Shown here: piece by piece, positions 38,412 to 50,189 of the stretch
How the letters are laid out: each line of letters starts with the position of its first letter
Numbering within the stretch: position 1 is the first letter of the stretch
Source: Macrostomum lignano
Taxonomy: Eukaryota
DNA: 64,000 nucleotides
Direction: 5' to 3'
NCBI GenBank assembly: GCA_002269645.1
Contig: NIVC01000390.1
Span: 62,001-126,000 of the forward strand
Position numbers and translations under genes: made by a program
Notes under the pieces: model-generated
The model's database searches: none
Told to the model about the DNA's origin: nothing
Seen by the model: only the letters and a program-made list of their open reading frames with translations

Positions 38412-38796
38412 CCAGTCGTTTTAAATCGCTAGGCGTAAAAACACATTTTTGACACTAATTTTTCAAACAAATACATGTAGCTCTCGCTTCTTTGTTTTGT
38501 AACGCAACTTTACAAGCGTACATGTATTTTATCGCTTGTATTCGCAGTCCAAAGGCCCAGGAAGGCGGTGATGTATTGATGTACACGTATGATGTGCACT
38601 GCATACAGCACCAGGCCCTTTGAACTGAACAAAAATCCGGGCTAAAACTGTATCATCTAGAATTTCAACCGTGTGAAAATCTACCGACATTTAAAACTAT
38701 TTTTGATATTGGTATGAGCCATTCGGCTGATAGCTCATTACTTGTTCAATGTTCGATATTTTCAAAATTTTCGGATTTTCTGAGATTTGTCAGTCG

Positions 38797-39425
38797 ATTC
38801 CCCATATTGTCACCGGATTCCCCATATTGTCACCGGATTCCCCATATTGTCACCGGATTCCCCATATTGTCACCGGATTCCCCATATTGTCACCGGATTC
38901 CCCATATTGTCACCGGATTCCCCATATTGTCACCGGATTCCCCATATTGTCACCGGATTCCCCATATTGTCACCGGATTCCCCAATGTTGTCATCGGATT
39001 TTCTCCATTTAGTCATCGGATTTCCCCGGATTGTCATCGGATTCCCCCAGATTGTTATCGGATTGCCCCAGATTGTCATCGGATTCCCCCAGATTGTCAT
39101 CGGATTTCTCCATATTGTCATCGGATTCCCCCAGATTGTTATCGGATTGCCCCAGATTGTCATCGGATTCCCCCAGATTGTTATCGGATTGCCCCAGATT
39201 GTCATCGGATTCCCCCAGAAAATTGTCGTCGGTTTCCCCCAGATTGTCATCGGATTCCCCCAGATTATCATCGGATTCCCCCAAATTGTCATCGGACTCC
39301 CCCAGATTTTCATCGGATTCCCCCAAATTGTCATCGGATTCCCCCAGATTTTCATCGGATTCCCCCAAATTGTCATCAGATTTCCCAGGATTGCCATCGG
39401 ATTTCCCCATTTTGTCATCGGATTT
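38797..39425. repeat. 20-bp grading into 21-bp minisatellite (cccatattgtcaccggattc / cccccagattgtcatcggatt)
   Basis: Direct inspection. Confidence 0.95.
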
Positions 39426-40460
39426 TCACGGATTGTGGATAATTTTCCTAAGATTAGTCATCTAGGCTTCAAAACATTATAAATCGATCGTATAATATCG
39501 AACCGTCCATCGCATTATTTTAAATAATGTATTTTTGTTTAGCACTAAGGACTTGACTGTGCAGATAATAGCCCTAGTTAAGGATTACTTTAAATAATAA
39601 TTTTAATATGTTAATTAGCAAACTGAGTCGCGACCGCTCTTGTGAACTAGTAAGGTCTGTTATATTTAGCAGTCCTTGGCGCACCAGCCGTATGCACTGA
39701 GTTGAGTTTTGCTACGTTGTGTCTTTTCCGCGATAATTTTAAAGCTCCCCCGTACTCTGTTTGGTTCAGATTTGTTCGCACCTTTGTCCAGCGGCTAACC
39801 TTATTTTCGTGTTGAAGTGTTCATTAATTAGATTGTTGTCCTTACCGAGTGTATTTGTACCTGTGTAGTTGTGACCGCATCAGATGAATGCTGGCATATT
39901 ATTTAGCTTGATTTTTTACATTTAAAATAATTCAGAAGGAATTCGATTTTGTTAATTATTAATATTTGTCCCTGTGTTACAGGTGTCACAATAGTTTATT
40001 TGCTAGTTCGTAACTAATGGTATCTAATGACGCATTCCGATATTTATTTTTCTCGTGTTTTCTTTTTCAAACATGTCGATTTGCACTTCAGTTTAACAGC
40101 AAAAAATGCAATGCACAACATCAACAGACTTTGAAGTATCAATTAAATAATTTTTTTCAGTTTTTAACACAATTCGCCACTACTGACAGTAGTAAAATAT
40201 GCACGCAATAAAGAAAAACACATTTACAATACTAGTTCTCAAGTCGTTGCTCATATGCTTTGAAGAATGTCAAAAATGAGAACTTGAAAGAATGTGAGCA
40301 TCTATGCGAGTTTCTGTTTATGAGACGAAATATGATGTATTTGCGTTATTCACAATTGATTTTTATAAAAACGAACCTTTCGTGCGCAGATGGTAGACAT
40401 AGTGTACTTTTTCAGGTCTAGAATCAGCAGATGATTCTCAGAATCTAGAATCACCGACTT

Positions 40461-40698
40461 TTCAGGTAGGGTGAGGAGCCGCCTGATTATTCAGGTAGGG
40501 TGAGGAGGTGCCTGATTATTCAGGTAGGGTGAGGATGCGCCTGATTATTCAGGTAGGGTGAGGAGGTGCCTGATTATTCAGGTAGGGTGAGGAGGCGCCT
40601 GATTATTCAGGTAGGGTGAGGAGGTGCCTGATTATTCAGGTAGGGTGAGGATGCGCCTGATTATTCAGGTAGGGTGAGGAGGCGCCTGGTTATTCAGG
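40461..40698. repeat. 29-bp minisatellite with an internal hairpin (cctga-ttat-tcagg)
   Basis: About 8 copies just downstream of the GPCR stop codon. Confidence 0.9.
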
Positions 40699-40740
40699 TG
40701 GTCACGTTAACCCGCCTCCCTTGTATGCAGGACAGCGCAG

Positions 40741-41162
40741 TCAGACAGTCTCTGTGCCAGCCTCCTGATTGCTGTTGCAATGCTCTTCGAAGTTGCGTGT
40801 CGCGGCCGGTTTCTCTTCTGTTGCAGCCGCTGCCGCCCCCTCTTCGCCGTCCGACTGTGGCCCCAGCTGGGCGTAGCCGGAGCCAGAGTCTGCGGAGGAA
40901 GAGTTAGCAGGGGCGGCGGCGGCGGTGGCGGCGGTGGCGGCGGGTCTCGTAGAAGCTGCCGCAATCGAGCAGGCGATGCCGCTGAAGCGGCTGCTGGCGG
41001 AATGCGGCAGCAGGCTGTGCACCGTCTGGTCGCGAGGAAGGCCGCCGAAGCCGCTGCCTGGCGCTGCCGACGACGATGACGAAGGCGCGCCGACAGCGGC
41101 GGCCGCCATTGCCGAGGAAATAGGAAGGTCGATTGGATCGTCGTCAGAGCTCCCCAGGGCCG
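40741..41162 (-). CDS. Class A GPCR (prostanoid-receptor-like), exon 3: low-complexity C-tail
   Basis: tttcccag acceptor in phase 1 matches exon 2. Ala/Ser-rich tail to TGA. An alternative in-frame acceptor 24 nt upstream is possible. Confidence 0.65.
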
Positions 41163-41197
41163 CTGGGAAACAATTGTAAAATGCATCTAGAGACTGA

Positions 41198-41742
41198 ATG
41201 CCTGGATTCCCGAGTGCCCGGATTCCCGAGTGCCTGGATTCCTTAGTGCTTGGATTCCCGAGTGCTTGGATTCCCGAGTGCTTGGATTCCCAAATACTTG
41301 GATTCCCGAGTGCTTGGATTCCCGAGTGCCTGGATTCCCCGAGTGCTTGGATTCCCAAGTGCTTGGATTCTCGAATCCTTGGATTCCCGAGTGCTTGGAT
41401 TCCCGAGTGCTTGGATTCCCAAGTGCCTGGATTCCCAAGTGCCTGGATTCCCAAGTGTTTGGATTCTCGAGTGCCCGGATTCCCGAGTGCCTGGATTCCC
41501 TAGTGCCTGGATTCCCAAGTGCTTGGATTCCCGAGTGCTTGGATTCCCGAGTGCTTGGATTCCCGAGTGCTTGGATTCCCAAGTGCCTGGATTCCCAAGT
41601 GCCTGGATTCCCAGGTGCATGGATTCTCGAGTGCCTGGATTCCCAAGTGCTTGGATTCCCGAGTGCTTGGATTCCCGAGTGCTTGGATTCCCGAGTGCTT
41701 GGATTCCCGAGTGCTTGGATTCCCGAGTGCCTGGATTCCCGA
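41198..41742. repeat. 16-bp minisatellite (gcttggattcccgagt)
   Basis: Direct inspection. Confidence 0.95.
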
Positions 41743-41954
41743 GCGAACATTCCTAAAAGTCAATGCCAGCGAGAGCAACAGAATTCCAGATGTTAACTTG
41801 CAGCCACTAATCTAATCCTGATACTTACTGGTTGACAAAAGTCATTAATTTAGACTTCTCTCATCATGCAGGTTCCACATATTTCGTCAAGTAAACCAGA
41901 CTAACAAGCTCATTTCCTAAAATAAACAACCAAAAACATACCCTCCACTGTAGC

Positions 41955-42312
41955 TACAGACTGTGGTTGCCATAGCTACAGACTGTGTTTACCATTGTAA
42001 CAAATTGTGTTTACCATAGCTACAGACTGTGTTTAACATAGCTACAGATTATGTTTACCATAGCTACAGACTGTGTTTACCATAGCTACAGATTATGTTT
42101 ACCATAGCTACAGACTGTGTTTACCATAGCTACAGACTGTGTTTACCATAGCTACAGACTGTGTTTACCATAGCTACAGACTGTGTTTACCATAGCTACA
42201 GATTGTGTTTACCATAGCTACAGACTGTGTTTACCATAGCTACAGATTATGTTTACCATAGCTACGAGCGTACAACTCTGTTTATCACCATAGCAACAGA
42301 CTGTGTTTACCA
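41955..42312. repeat. 22-bp minisatellite (catagctacagactgtgtttac)
   Basis: Direct inspection. Confidence 0.95.
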
Positions 42313-42341
42313 CTACGAGCGGAGCAGAAACCAGAGCTCAC

Positions 42342-42570
42342 CTCTGCCGCCGCCCCCGCTGCCGATGCAGCACCTGAAGCACCACCACCGGCACCTGCGG
42401 CAGCAGCAGCAGCAGCCGCAGAAGACGCGCAGGTAGCCTTCCCGGTAACTGTGCGAGCAGACTGCGTAGATAAGCGGATTAAAGACGCCGGATAGAGTTG
42501 TGCTGAGCTGGGCGTACATCACTAGCGGCGGACTCACTGACAGATTTGAGTAGCGAAGTCCAGCGAGTAC
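42342..42570 (-). CDS. Class A GPCR (prostanoid-receptor-like), exon 2: ECL3, TM7, Cys-rich tail
   Basis: AAG acceptor, phase 0. LSTTLSGVFNPLIY (NPxxY), SHSYREGY helix 8, then CGCCCCCRRCRWWCFRCC. GTGAGC donor, phase 1. Confidence 0.85.
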
Positions 42571-43017
42571 CTTGATGGATTGATTGTTAATTTGCATGTC
42601 ATTTGAGTGACAACTTTTTCAGAATCTTCTGTTTTAACTGGGTGAGCTTCTAAATGTGAGAGATTTGAACTCACAATAGGCCAATGCCGGTTTCTGAGTT
42701 CTTACTCATTGTTGACTTGTCTTGACCGTTGAGCCTGGACATTACCTGTGGACACACATACACACACTCACACACACACACACACACACACCCACACACA
42801 CACACACACACGAAGTCCTAGCTAAATTTGCGTAATCCTTGCTCCCTCTTATAGAAGTACATGCATTTTATGGGATTTGCGTCACATAATTTTTTGCCAC
42901 TGGATTATGATTAGGTCTTCTATCTCTAGTGGCAATCCAGTAGCAAGAAAGATCTAAGGTTAAGGTTAGGGTAGAGTTTTTTGTTGTGTCTACTCGGCTT
43001 GCTTATAGCCACAGCAG

Positions 43018-43208
43018 TTTCTTATCCAGGGTGACGGAAGGGGTTTTCCTATCTAGGGTGAGGGTAGGGGTTTTCTTATCCAGGGTGAGGGTAGGGGTTT
43101 TCTTATCCAGGGTGAGGGTAGGGGTTTTCTTATCCAGGGTGAGGGTTGGGGTTTTCCTATCTAGGGTGAGGGTTGGGGTTTTCTTATCCAGGGGTTTTCT
43201 TATCTAGG
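43018..43208. repeat. 27-bp minisatellite (ggttttcttatccagggtgagggtagg)
   Basis: Direct inspection. Confidence 0.9.
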
Positions 43209-44194
43209 GCTGGATTTGGGTTCCAACCGGTGAGATTTCGGAGATTTCAGCAGTATCGCGGATTTCTAATCACAGCAGTAGATACGAGTATATAGCTTTA
43301 AGGATCATAATCAGAAATAGAATCAGTCTTCAGTCAATATATCTCTGATTCAATCAAACATTTACTGTTTGTCTCTGTCTCTTTTCTCCACAGAAAGTGA
43401 CTGATTGAGCGCTCAGCAGTAGCCACTAGTAATCCTCCCTATTTAGTGTCGAATAGCTCGATAAGCAGCTTGCACTGTCAGGGCAGTGAGCCTGTTTCCA
43501 TGGCAACCAAGCTTCACGTTAGTCCAGTCCAAGAAGGGGAGTTTCTGGATCGGGAGGGACGGCAAGTTAGTTAGTTGCTCTCCCATGCCAGTCCCAGATT
43601 TGCTCGGTGCAATAGGAAGGGAAGAGGGTTGGGGACAGCTTGGGTCTGTCTGCTCAGCCCTGCCCTCTCTCGCCTCTTTACTCCCCGCCAGGCACTCTTC
43701 TCCCAGCTTTTCAGCATCGCCTTTTCTGACTCTCAGCCAGAGAAGTGGGCAGCGGCGGAGGCGACTTTGCCGTGGCTGTCTTATCGAGTGCTCGCTTAGC
43801 ACAGCGCAAGGGCCAAACTTATTCCAGACTCTCCGCACTCCATCTCTCCATCTCTCCCTCATTTTCGAGGGTCAATCCTTCCCCGGCCTCGGTATGGGGG
43901 AAAGCAAGCTAACTAACTCTCCTAGCAATCAAATGAACTTGGCGATCGGATTACCGAAACTCTCGCAAGAAGCCGCAGCCCCAAAAAGGCTTTGCCGGCC
44001 GGCACGAGCGATCCCAAGGGATGAGACGATGCAGCAGGAATAAACTGAAGCTGGAGCTAACGAGTTACTGACTCAATGCGATTGAGCGGTGGATTTGCTA
44101 GCGAATAAATTAACGAAGGAGTGAGCTCATGACAGCATTCATGACTTCATAAGTCCCTCACCGAGTTCATGAGTGAGTTTTTGAGCTCATGAGA

Positions 44195-44636
44195 TCCCAG
44201 CTTCCTGACTTCCAGCGTGACTTTATGAGTAGCCTCAGTCTCTGACTTCCAGAGTGACTTTATGAGTAACCTTAGTCCCTGACTTCCAGAGTGACTTTAT
44301 GAGTAGCCTCAGTCCCTGACTTCCAGAGTGACTTTATGAGCAACCTTAGTCCCTGACTTCCAGAGTGACTTTATGAGTAGCCTCAGTCCCTGACTTCCAG
44401 AGTGACTTTATGAGCAACCTTAGTCCCTGACTTCCAGAGTGACTTTATGAGTAGCCTCAGTCCCTGACTTCCAGAGTGACTTTATGAGTAGCCTCAGTCC
44501 CTGACTTCCAGAGTGACTTTATGAGTAGCCTCAGTCCCTGACTTCCAGAGTGACTTTATGAGTAGCCTCAGTCCCTGACTTCCAGAGTGACTTTATGAGT
44601 AGCCTCAGTCCCTGACTTCCAGAGTGACTTTATGAG
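44195..44636. repeat. 37-bp minisatellite
   Basis: ctgacttccagagtgactttatgagtagcctcagtcc. Confidence 0.95.
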
Positions 44637-46240
44637 TGCTGAGTTCCTGAGTGAGTTTATGAGAACATGTACTCACAAATGAGCTCATGAGTGATGAAGT
44701 GGAGACAGACGCATTAACGGAAAGAACAGAGAGGAGCAGATGTGGCCCCAGGCTGGGGGGGGGGTAGCTCAGCCTCTCTGAGCTCGGACACGCCCGAGCG
44801 AGCAGCTTCAAGGATGAACAGAGACCGAGAGAGCGAGAGCTCTTCGATCATAGAGAGTCAATCCAGAAGCGTCGAAAAGCAGAGCCGCAGTCAAAAAAGG
44901 ATTTGGGGAAGACGCGAACCGACAGGCTGCAGAAAAATATGCCACAGCTGTGTGCCACAGCTAGTCGCTGTGTAATGGGCCGCGACAGGGAGACCCTTGG
45001 CAAAGCGTCAGTGCCGCCGTCCAAGAAGAGCCTCTTGCGAGCACGAGGAGGCCAACGGTTCGGCAGGGAGCACGACAGCAACATGAGTTCATTAGTCAGT
45101 CACTGAAACTCAGTAGCTACCAATTAGTCAGTCACTCAAACTCAATAGCTATCAATTAGTCAGTCACTCAAACTCAGTAGCTATCAATTAGTCAGTCACT
45201 CAAACTCAGTAGCTACCAATTAGTCAGTCACTGAAACTCAGTAGCTACCAATTAGTCAGTCACTCAAACTCAATAGCTATCAATTAGTCAGTCACTCAAA
45301 CTCAGTAGCTATCAATTAGTCAGTCACTCAAACTCAGTAGCTACCAATTAGTCAGTCACTGAAACTCAGTAGCTACCAATTAGTCAGTCACTCAAACTCA
45401 ATAGCTATCAATTAGTCAGTCACTCAAACTCAGTAGCTATCAATTAGTCAGTCACTCAAACTCAGTAGCTACCAATTAGTCAGTCACTGAAACTCAGTAG
45501 CTACCAATTAGTCAGTCACTCAAACTCAATAGCTATCAATTAGTCAGTCACTCAAACTCAGTAGCTATCAATTAGTCAGTCACTAAAACTCAGTAGCTAC
45601 CAATTAGTCAGTCACTCAAACTCAGTAGCTATCAATTAGTCAGTCGCTCAAACTCAGTAGCTATCAATTAGTCAGTCACTCAAACTCAGTAGCTATCAAT
45701 TAGTCAGTCACTCAAACTCAGTAGCTACCAATTAGTCAGTCACTCAAACTCAGTAGCTATCAATTAGTCAGTCACTCAAACTCAATAGCTATCAATTAGT
45801 CAGTCACTCAAACTCAGTAGCTATCAATTAGTCAGTCGCTCAAACTCAATAGCTATCAATTAGTCAGTCGCTTAAACTCAGTAGCTATCAATTAGTCAGT
45901 CACTCAAACTCAGTAGCTATCAATTAGTCAGTCACTCAAACTCAGTATCTATTAATTAGTCAGTTACTCAAACTCAATGGCTATGAATTAGTCAGTCGCT
46001 CAAACTCAGTAGCTATGAATTAGTCAGCCGCTCAAACTCAGTAGCTATGAATTAGTCAGCCGCTCAAACTCAGTAGCTATCAATTAGTCAGTCACTCAAA
46101 CTCAGTAGCTATCAATTAGTCAGTCACTCAAACTCAGTAGCTACCAATTAGTCAGTCACTCAAACTCAGTATCTATTAATTAGTCAGTTACTCAAACTCA
46201 ATGGCTATGAATTAGTCAGTCGCTCAAACTCAGTAGCTAT

Positions 46241-46493
46241 TGTGACATAGTGACACGATGAACTTTGCTATAGGTTGCATGCACTGTAGTGTTGACTCAC
46301 TAGCAGTGGAGTTGTTATTGATCGGCTTAGAGATTGTATTTTATTCCACCCCACCCCATGCGCGCGTTTGAATCTGTCTGCACCCACCACCTCAGTGCTA
46401 AATAATAAATGTTAACAGCCTAGCTCTCAAGCGAGCACCTTTTACTCACTCCTGCAATTCCACACTTCTGCCTCGCTTAACAAAGTTATCACA
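46241..46493 (+). mobile_element. Solo LTR (253 bp) of the adjacent Ty3/gypsy family
   Basis: TGT...ACA termini, near-identical to the LTRs at 46915 and 49485, flanked by GCTAT direct repeats. Confidence 0.92.
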
Positions 46494-47166
46494 GCTATGA
46501 ATTAGTCAGCCGCTCAAACTCAGTAGCTATCAATTAGTCAGTCGCTCAAACTCAGTAGCTATCAATTAGTCAGTCACTCAAACTCAGTAGCTATGAATTA
46601 GTCAGTCACTCAAACTCAGTAGCTATCAATTAGTCAGTTACTCAAACTCAATGGCTATGAATTAGTCAGTCGCTCAAACTCAGTAGCTATGAATTAGTCA
46701 GCCGCTCAAACTCAGTAGCTATGAATTAGTCAGCCGCTCAAACTCAGTAGCTATCAATTAGTCAGTCACTCAAACTCAGTAGCTATCAATTAGTCAGTCA
46801 CTCAAACTCAGTAGCTACCAATTAGTCAGTCACTCAAACTCAGTATCTATTAATTAGTCAGTTACTCAAACTCAATGGCTATGAATTAGTCAGTCGCTCA
46901 AACTCAGTAGCTATTGTGACATAGTGACACGATGAACTTTGCTATAGGTTGCATGCACTGTAGTGTTGACTCACTAGCAGTGGAGTTGTTATTGATCGGC
47001 TTAGAGATTGTATTTTATTCCACCCACCCCATGCGCGCGTTTGAATCTGTCTGCACCCACCACCTCAGTGCTAAATAATAAATGTTAACAGCCTAGCTCT
47101 CAAGCGAGCACCTTTTACTCACTCCTGCAATTCCACACTTCTGCCTCGCTTAACAAAGTTATCACA

Positions 47167-47943
47167 ATGGCGACGAGTCTGCCCACGCTGGGCCAACTGC
47201 TACCATCTACAAACATCGAGATCTTCCTAGAGCGTCTCGAGCAGTACTTCATCTGCAAGGAGGTGAAGGATGAGGCAAAAGTGGCAACTCTGATCACGTC
47301 GTTTGGAGAGGAGGCTTACATCACACTGCGGAGTCTGTGCCAGCCGGTCCAAGTGGCGCAGAAGTCTTACGCTGACCTGAAGAAGCTGCTGACAACGCAC
47401 TTCGCACCCAAGCCTTCGGAGCTAGCTGCGAGGTTCCGTTTCCAACAACGAACTCAGCAAGCAGGCGAGAGCTTCACGGCATTCATCGCGGGGCTCCAGG
47501 CTCTGTCAGCTGACTGCAACTTCGGTGAGTCGCTAAATAAGCGGCTCCGAGACCAACTTGTGTTCGGCCTTCGAAGCGACGCCTTTCGAGCCAAGCTGTT
47601 GGAAGTCGTGGAGCCGACCTTCGAATCCCTGCAAGAAAAGGCGATGTCGCTGGAGTCTGCAGAGCGTTCGTCCCTGGAGATGTCACAAAGGGCAACGGAG
47701 TCTGTTGCCAATCTGCAATTTGTCAGCAAGAGGAAGCCGCAAGCAGGCGACACCTTCAGCGCACCACAGAGGGTATCGGTTCAGCGGCAGCGACAACGGC
47801 GGCAGCGGCAACGGCGGCAGCGGCAATGGCGGCAGCGAAAACGGCGGCAGCGGCAATGGCGGCAGCGGCAACGGCGGCAGCGGCAACGGCAGCGGCAACG
47901 GTGGCGGTGGCAGCTCATGCAAAAGCTGTGGCGGTTCCCATGA
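47167..47943 (+). CDS. gag: Retrotransposon Gag (N-terminal capsid part)
   Basis: FLERLEQYF...ELAARFRFQQRTQ..GES...RLRDQLVFGL is typical of Mag-type Gag. The ATG overlaps the PBS. The reading frame shifts before the zinc knuckles. Confidence 0.85.
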   Translation: MATSLPTLGQLLPSTNIEIFLERLEQYFICKEVKDEAKVATLITSFGEEAYITLRSLCQPVQVAQKSYADLKKLLTTHFAPKPSELAARFRFQQRTQQAGESFTAFIAGLQALSADCNFGESLNKRLRDQLVFGLRSDAFRAKLLEVVEPTFESLQEKAMSLESAERSSLEMSQRATESVANLQFVSKRKPQAGDTFSAPQRVSVQRQRQRRQRQRRQRQWRQRKRRQRQWRQRQRRQRQRQRQRWRWQLMQKLWRFP

Positions 47944-49462
47944 GCGTCATCTATGCAAGTTCAGGGACGCCAAGTGCCATGCATGCGGCAAGGTCGGCCA
48001 TATCCGCAAGGTCTGCCAGTCCACCAAGCAGGCCAAGCTACACATGCTACAAGAGGAGCGGATGGCACCTACTGTCGAAGGCGCGTGTAACACCCAGGTG
48101 CCCATCTTCGCAGTCCGACCAACAGGCAGAAACGCTGGACCGACAGTCATGCTGCTCGTCAACGGCCAGGAATGCCAGTTTGTCATTGACACCGGCTCTG
48201 CAGTTACCCTGATGCCGCAGCAGCTGCAGCAAAATTTACTCCCTCAGCTACAGCTGGCTCCATCGGCCGCAGTTCTGCGAACCTTCACCAATGAACGCTT
48301 TCATCCGCGAGGCCAAGCCACAGTCTGCGTCCAGCACAACGCCCAGCAGCTAAAGCTACCGCTGCTTGTGGTCGACAAAGGAGACATGGCGCTGCTGGGA
48401 CGAGACTGGCTGGCTCACCTTGGGCTGGACTGGCCGACAATAATGGCCCAGGTGCACGCAGTGTCCACCGATTACGACATCAGCGACCTGCATGAGAGAT
48501 TCGCTGCGGTGTTCGAGAACCGACTTGGCAAATTTCGACACAATCAAGGCTCCGCCCCGGTACAGCCATGGCCATTTCCGACTGTGCCATGGGAGCGGTT
48601 GCACGTCGACTTTGTGGGACCCGTGGACGGCCGCACTTACCTGGTCCTGGTCGACGCGCACAGCAAGTGGCCAGAGGTGCACATGATGAGCAGCACCGCT
48701 GCAACTGCGACGATCAGCTGTCTGCGAGAAATCTTCGCTCGTCTCGGCCTACCGAGAACCTTGGTGTCGGACAACGGGCCACAATTCGCTTCGGCCGAGT
48801 TCGCTGAGTTCGTCAGTTCCAACGGCATCCGGCACATCTTCTCGGCGCCATTCCACCCGGCGACCAACGGCCAGGCCGAGCGCTTCGTCCAGGTGCTGAA
48901 GCGGCATCTGAGTAAGTGCGGTCACTCCGACGCGCAACTTCAACGACTGCTGATGGCCTATCGCAACACTCCGCACAGCGTCAGTGGCACCGCGCCGAGT
49001 CAGCTGCTCATTGGCCGCCGGCTGCGCAGCCGGCTAGATCTCCTGACACCATCGTTGACTTCGGCCATGCAACAGCGACAGCAGCATCAGTTTCAGCAGC
49101 AGCGGCCAGCGCGCCAGTTCCAGCCTGGAGATCGTGTGCTCTACCGCGATTTCAGCACTGCTGCTCGTGCAGGAGAAAGCAGCCGCTGGGCCGAAGGTGT
49201 CATTGTCAATGCCGGCACCCGCAACTGCACAGTCGATTCTGGGCGCGGCGTACAAGCGCGACACGCTGACCAGCTGCTGGCGGCTCCCGCTGGGTTGGCC
49301 GAGTCGAATAGCAGCACAACCCCGGCCGAGGACTGTGCGGCACCTGACGCTGGCGGCACGCCAGCCTCGCCGCAGGCAGACACGGCTGACTCTGCTAACG
49401 AGGCACCCCGGCGCTACCCGACTCGAGTTCGAGCACCACCTGACAGATTGATGCTGCAGTGA
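47558..49462 (+). CDS. pol: Gag zinc knuckles + aspartic protease fused in frame to integrase core (no RT/RH)
   Basis: CKSCGGSH....C and CHACGKVGH....C knuckles; protease FVIDTGSA...LLGRDWL; integrase DDE motifs HVDF / SDNGPQF / NGQAERF. The true coding part probably starts near 47770. Confidence 0.88.
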   Translation: MCSAFEATPFEPSCWKSWSRPSNPCKKRRCRWSLQSVRPWRCHKGQRSLLPICNLSARGSRKQATPSAHHRGYRFSGSDNGGSGNGGSGNGGSENGGSGNGGSGNGGSGNGSGNGGGGSSCKSCGGSHERHLCKFRDAKCHACGKVGHIRKVCQSTKQAKLHMLQEERMAPTVEGACNTQVPIFAVRPTGRNAGPTVMLLVNGQECQFVIDTGSAVTLMPQQLQQNLLPQLQLAPSAAVLRTFTNERFHPRGQATVCVQHNAQQLKLPLLVVDKGDMALLGRDWLAHLGLDWPTIMAQVHAVSTDYDISDLHERFAAVFENRLGKFRHNQGSAPVQPWPFPTVPWERLHVDFVGPVDGRTYLVLVDAHSKWPEVHMMSSTAATATISCLREIFARLGLPRTLVSDNGPQFASAEFAEFVSSNGIRHIFSAPFHPATNGQAERFVQVLKRHLSKCGHSDAQLQRLLMAYRNTPHSVSGTAPSQLLIGRRLRSRLDLLTPSLTSAMQQRQQHQFQQQRPARQFQPGDRVLYRDFSTAARAGESSRWAEGVIVNAGTRNCTVDSGRGVQARHADQLLAAPAGLAESNSSTTPAEDCAAPDAGGTPASPQADTADSANEAPRRYPTRVRAPPDRLMLQ

Positions 49463-50189
49463 GGGCGTTAACTTAGGGGGGAGATGTGACATAGTGACAC
49501 GATGAACTTTGCTATAGGTTGCATGCACTGTAGTGTTGACTCACTAGCAGTGGAGTTGTTATTGATCGGCTTAGAGATTGTATTTTATTCCACCCCACCC
49601 CATGCGCGCGTTTGAATCTGTCTGCACCCCCCACCTCAGTGCTAAATAATAAATGTTAACAGCCTAGCTCTCAAGCGAGCACCTTTTACTCACTCCTGCA
49701 ATTCCACACTTCTGCCTCGCTTAACAAAGTTATCACAGCTATGAATTAGTCAGCCGCTCAAACTCAGTAGCTATCAATTAGTCAGTCGCTCAAACTCAGT
49801 AGCTATCAATTAGTCAGTCACTCAAACTCAGTAGCTATGAATTAGTCAGTCACTCAAACTCAGTAGCTATCAATTAGTCAGTCGCTCAAACTCAGTAGCT
49901 ATCAATTAGTCAGCCGCTCAAACTCAATGGCTATCAATTAGTCAGTCGCTCAAACTCAATAGCTATCAATTAGTCAGTCGCTCAAACTCAGTAGCTATCA
50001 ATTAGTCAGTCACTCAAACTCAGTAGCTATCAATTAGTCAGTCACTCAAACTCAGTAGCTATCAATTAGTCAGTCGCTCAAACTCAGTAGCTATCAATTA
50101 GTCAGTCACTCAAACTCAGTAGCTATCAATTAGTCAGTCACTCAAACTCAGTAGCTATCAATTAGCCAGTCGCTCAAACTCAGACTCAC

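Larger units (their letters stand above)
46915..49737 (+). mobile_element. Ty3/gypsy (Mag-like) LTR retrotransposon, RT/RNase H deleted, 2.8 kb
   Basis: LTRs 46915-47166 and 49485-49737 (TG..CA) differ by one indel and one substitution. 5-bp TSD GCTAT. PBS TGGCGACGAG is complementary to the tRNA-Ser(GCU) 3' end. PPT AGGGGGGAGA at 49475-49484. Confidence 0.93.
45090..50183. repeat. 32-bp minisatellite interrupted by the solo LTR and the LTR element
   Basis: ctcaaactcagtagctatcaattagtcagtca, running up to the GPCR exon 1 donor. Confidence 0.95.

Noticed and set aside
43443-45106. ORFs in the large GPCR intron (43486-44043, 44742-45106)
   Set aside because: No motifs or splice support. The ggggtagctcag at ~44760 resembles a tRNA start but has no cloverleaf.
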